From a bacterium (lineage in GTDB: Bacteria; SAR324; NAC60-12), in NCBI GenBank assembly GCA_965233585.1, contig CBDDTI010000005.1:1-15118 (forward strand): DNA of 15,118 bases, read 5' to 3'. Of this stretch, positions 10,441 to 15,118 are shown piece by piece. Both the position numbers and the translations under genes were made by a program. The notes under the pieces were generated by a model. The model was not told where the DNA came from. It did not search any database and saw nothing but the letters and a program-made list of their open reading frames with translations. How positions within the stretch are numbered: the stretch's first letter is position 1; every line of letters begins with the position of its first letter.

Positions 10441-11284
10441 ATCTATTGCATTCAAGATAATTTATGCCCCGACTCAACTATCACGAACCCTTTACGTGCT
10501 CCACAATTTCATTGGCATTTAGGTGGCCAGTAGAACTGTTATGGCTGGAGATAAATTAAGCCATTTGCAAAGTACTTAGGCAACAAGACATCCTCCAATA
10601 GAATGCTTTCAGTAGCAAATGGGTTTGAAAAATGTAAATTGAACTTTTATTTGATGCTCTTCACCGACGGTTAATATGACAGTACAATATTAACACCGGC
10701 TGTAACACTAAAAGGCCTATCGACCTTGTCATTTTTGCAAATGCTTTCTTGTTTTACTAGCTTTAATAATTTACTGTAATGTTAATGAGCTTTTAAGAAT
10801 TTTATATTGATGTATATTACCTCTGAAAAACCCGGCCCAATTTTGAGAAATAAATAAATAGTATTGTAAGGTACTGTCAAGCAGGTTGCATTTTATGAGA
10901 GTGTGTAAGAGTAGAAAGGTCGTGTACGTTTTCCTATCATTCTGAAAGGTTGTTTGAATGTCCATGTACAGTTGCATGGCTGTAATTATTTAAGACATTT
11001 TCAATCCCCGGGCTACGTGAGTCACACGCAAGTACTAAGTTTTATCTGGTGAGACTGGCGCCCTTTTTATCATAATTAGTGCATAACATTTGTTGCTCCT
11101 TTTTTATGTGACTGGTGTTTTCTTGTGCATATTGTGCTTAGTTAAAGTCATTCGATATGTTAGGTAATTACACGCTGTGTTCGATGCATGCATTGTATTG
11201 ATGGAAATTTCTTCATATTGGGTGCTTTCTTCATGATATTTGGTTGTGTGTGGTGCTTCTGTCTGGTCATACGATGTCACAGTC

Positions 11285-11433
11285 AGTATTTTGGTCATCC
11301 GACATTCCAAATGGAACATGCTCCCATCGAACCCGTTCAACCTCTTTCGTATGCGAAACGGTGGTGTGTAGCCTATCACTGCAGTTTCGCTTTCCTCAAT
11401 GTAAATGTAAATGTTGCTGTTGTTGTTGTTGTT
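11285..11433 (+). mobile_element. Possible short retroposon 3' end with (AATGTA)n tail and (GTT)n tract
   Basis: Insertion relative to copy A. It has a TTTCGTATGCGAAA hairpin and ends in AATGTAAATGTAAATGT followed by GTT repeats. Confidence 0.3.
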
Positions 11434-11838
11434 GTCTTTTACATTAAAAGATGGAGCCATTTTAAATACGATGAATCCAAGAACGCTCTGATGAAACGCT
11501 AAAAGTTCCCTATCATAACGTCTGATTGCAATTTGGCAGCACTCAGCGAAATCGTTGATAAAGAACAAAAAGTAGGGAATGCTAATAATGTTAGATATTG
11601 AGAAAGTATAAAAAAGAACTTATATTATTTTAAGATGAATTTAAGCCTCTGCGGAATTCATTTTATCTTTACTATAACGCAGGCATCTTCAAATTACGGA
11701 GAATGGCGTTCGATTATAGATTGTTAGCCACAATTTGTTTCAGTGTTAAGTTAATCATGATTTATTTAAAAAATCGCCTCAGGCGGACTAATCTGAAGAA
11801 AATATTTATTGGGACTAAGACGAGGTACATATGCCGTA

Positions 11839-12416
<578 letters not shown>

Positions 12417-12713
12417 TAATATTTACTGAGTCTGAGGCCTGACTACATTCACAGTTTCACTCAACACTTAAAAATGAGTAACTCCAGTATGAAGAAAAAT
12501 TAATTCCGATTACTCGATCTGTCGGCACAGATTGTCTTGACTGGCGGTCTCCCAAAACCACTGCTGTTACCATTTTTAATGTCTTATCTGTAAATACTAA
12601 TTGTCTTTGGTCCAGTGGTACTGGTAGTGTTTTTAAGATCCTCCATACTTTTAAAATCCCGAAATTGGAGTAATGCTTTTCGAAAAAACGAATATCGTTT
12701 AGCAACATACTTG

Positions 12714-12837
12714 CTGGTCCCCAGGCTCTTCTCAGCCTCGACGATTTTCAAGAACGCGGCAAGCCGGAAGAAAACTCAATCGGTTCCCGCCCACCATTTA
12801 AAAAGGAATAACAAAGAACACCTTGGGGACGAGGTTG
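12714..12837. mobile_element. Small MITE with CAACCTCGTCCCCAGG-type TIRs (left TIR eroded)
   Basis: Right end CCTTGGGGACGAGGTTG and left remnant CTGGTCCCCAGG. The fuller left end CAACCTGGCTCCCAGG survives in copy A at 1950-1965. Confidence 0.6.
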
Positions 12838-12954
12838 AAGTGGTGTAGCCTAGTAATCAACCTTGGAAGAGGAATATCCACAACCCGGCGCGGAGAACAT
12901 AGTATTCCGGTCAGCAAGAATGCCAAATTCCTTAATTTCACCTCTGAAAGTTTT

Positions 12955-14113
12955 AAACAATTATTGGGTGAGGTTTTTGTGATATCCAGAATCATCAAGG
13001 TCGAGGAAAGGGCTATATATCATCCGAAGCCGAAGGCTGAGGCTGATAACCCTTACCGAGACCTTGATTATTCTGGATATCACAAAAACCTCATCCAATA
13101 ATTGCTTTATTATACATCGGACGAAAAAAATGAGAGTCATGTTTTTACTTCTTCACTGACGGAAGCAACACAAAGCGCGCGAACTTGACATGATTACCTG
13201 TGACCTTGAGTGTCCTTGACATGTTTATTGTATATTATTTTTGTCCAAGAGGGCACGGTAACGAATCCTGCAATCTGATTGGTTCTTAAAGCGGTCCGGA
13301 TTTTCCTATCTCTGACCACGGTCACGGTGACGGCGGGAAACAGCGCGATCGAAATTGTCATGTTCAGCTAGTTTTCGTGAATGAACTAGCGGGTGACCGT
13401 CGATCTTTTCAATTTTTACACTTCCATGGACGATTAATCAACGCAACTTTACCTCTGTTCACTTTTAAATAGCAAGGAAGGTCACTGTAAGTAGATTCAA
13501 TTGAGTATTTTGTGGCTCTGAGAGTTTGTGTGATTGTTTGTAGCTCGGCGTTGTAATGGCGCGTAATTCTGTGTTGTTCATCGCACAATTTTAAGCAAAA
13601 AGAAGTTAAATGCAGTCGCGTTTAGCCTCTCTGATCGTTGCTATATTCAAGAGAATTTCTTTAGAATACACTTAACCAATTTCCTGGCTTTCTGCTACTC
13701 AATTTACGGTAAAAAGGTCCTCTGATTTGGAGTGATTCGCAACGACTGATAGAAATTGTGTTTGTAGTGCAACTTCAGTCAAACTTTGTGCGAAATTTCA
13801 CTATCGGAAAAACTCTTTTGGAGAACTCAACTGGTGAATTAGATGCAACTAACATAAAGCAATTGGAAATAAACCTGTTCTTTAATACATCTTCCTTTGT
13901 GTAGTGTCTGAGTTTACTTACTCGTTCGTTCGTTAGAGTTTTTACGATGGTTTGTAAACGGCACGCAAACCAATAAGAAAGTTGTGTAAACCCAATTTAA
14001 GCCAATTTATCGCCAATTTATCTGAAGTTATGACGTCACGGCTGCTGATTTCGAAAATTCACTGAAAGCTTTCGGCCAATCAGAAAAGAGTGAGAGAGTT
14101 CAATGTGTAATAA
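12955..14113. mobile_element. Non-autonomous palindrome-ended element (putative Crypton-type) with nested insertion
   Basis: Palindrome 12958-13104 with apex GA-AGCC-GAA-GGCT-GA (13026-13040). TTATTATACAT (13107-13117) is inverted relative to ATGTGTAATAA (14103-14113). CCAATCAG lies at 14076-14083, 30 bp from the end. Confidence 0.75.
13234..14020 (+). mobile_element. Nested non-coding derivative sharing its 5' terminus with the Crypton-type element at 14121 (right boundary approximate)
   Basis: 13234-13332 aligns with 14121-14220 (TCCAAG...GTAACGAATyCTGCAATCTGATTGGTTCTTA..GCGGTCCGGATTTTCCTATCTCTGACCACGGTCAC), after which the two diverge. Confidence 0.7.
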
Positions 14114-14120
14114 CGCCAAT

Positions 14121-15118
14121 TACTTTTTTTTCCAAGCGGTCACAGTAACGAATTCTGCAATCTGATTGGTTCTTAGCGCGGTCCGGATTTTCCTATCTCT
14201 GACCACGGTCACAGTAACGCTTGCGTGAGTTCTTCCCGTGAGTTTACAAAAGTTGAAACAATTCTCCGTACTCAAATTTAAGCTTTTAAAGTCCGAAACT
14301 CGCTTCTTTAAGGAGTCAAACAGCCCTGAATGTCATAGTGAGAGTGAATTTTATTATCCTGATGAAATAGACGAGAACGTAAACACTGGAAACACTGACA
14401 AACAAGAACAAGTCAAAGAAAAGACCGACAAACAGCAACAATTCTTGGCTCAAGTGCATGATTTTATCGAAGAGGAATTAAGGCCTGAAAACACCAAGAA
14501 AAAAATACTCTGTATGACATAAATGCATCATTATGTATGGAAACGATATCTTCCTCCACTGGCGAAGACTGAGAAATATTGAAGACATACCTGCAAAAGA
14601 CCTCAACCTTCATATATGTGTCGTTTCTTCATGGAGATAAAGAAAAAGGATGGCGAGCAGTACGAGAACACAACATTGACTTCATTTCATCGAAGTCTAC
14701 AACAGTATCAAAATGCCCCTCCGCACTGGCGAAGGAGCTGGTAGGTCATTCTGTCCCATAGCACAAGCCAGCAACAACGCACGCTGTCCTGTTTTCTTTT
14801 ACAAAGCATTCAGAAGTCATCGTCCGACAGAGACGAATAACCAAGAATCACCATATTCTACCTGGCAATAAACCACAAACGAAAACCAAGTGATACAGTG
14901 TGGTATATGAATGCTCCACTTGGAAAGAATTCTATCGGAAAGTTCTTGAAGATGGGGGCGAAAAGAACAGGATTGCAAGGGAATGTCACAAACCATGCAG
15001 TCAGAAAGACCTCCATTGGCCGTCTTTTAGATGCCGATGTTCCTGCTAATTATGTGTCTCAGCTCAGCGGCCATAAGAATCTCAAGAGTCTGGATTCGTG
15101 CAAATCTGCATCCTTGCT
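14121..15118 (+). mobile_element. Decayed Crypton-type tyrosine-recombinase transposon, runs off window
   Basis: The 5' terminus is shared with 13234 and is followed by a recombinase pseudogene. Confidence 0.8.
14310..15118 (+). pseudogene. Crypton-type (DUF3504 / KCTD1-ZMYM-QRICH1-related) tyrosine recombinase pseudogene
   Basis: Frameshifted fragments: RPENTKKK, WKRYL, EDIPAKDLNLHIC-RFFMEIKKKDGEQYENTTLTSFHRSLQQY, then RCPVFFYKAFRSHRP, FYLAINHKRKPSDTVWYMNAPLGKNSIGKFLK, TNHAVRKT (HxxR, 14994-15005) and SQLSGHKNLKSLDSC. The expected catalytic Tyr is TGC (15099-15101). The central region holding the first catalytic Arg appears deleted near 14710. Confidence 0.88.

Noticed and set aside
14238..14761. 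Two separate small genes as in the ORF track
   Set aside because: They are frameshifted or off-frame pieces of one recombinase pseudogene.

Overview
AT-rich, repeat-dense eukaryotic DNA. The repeat types and receptor family suggest a cnidarian, probably a stony coral (inference). The only intact host gene is a spliced class A (rhodopsin-like) GPCR on the minus strand, with a main exon at 4579-3621, a probable start mini-exon at 7134-7107 and a probable 5'UTR exon ending at 10337. Its upstream region (10687-12750) has a diverged direct paralog at 316-1990, which suggests a ~10.4 kb tandem duplication unit of a GPCR cluster. The rest is largely transposon-derived: a TTAA-flanked MITE, a P-like TIR element nested in another repeat, a decayed L1/Tx1 LINE, Penelope-type terminal fragments with degenerate hammerhead motifs, a Helitron-like 3' end, and a decayed Crypton-type (DUF3504) tyrosine recombinase element at the right edge. 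The most notable signal is four non-coding elements of unrelated sequence that share one architecture: a long terminal palindrome, an internal inverted copy of the far terminus, and CCAATCAG about 30 bp from that terminus. Three of them also share a strand-specific hairpin apex (tandem GA/GA mismatch plus a C-GNA-G triloop). The CCAATCAG motif also occurs in the 5' end of the recombinase-coding element.
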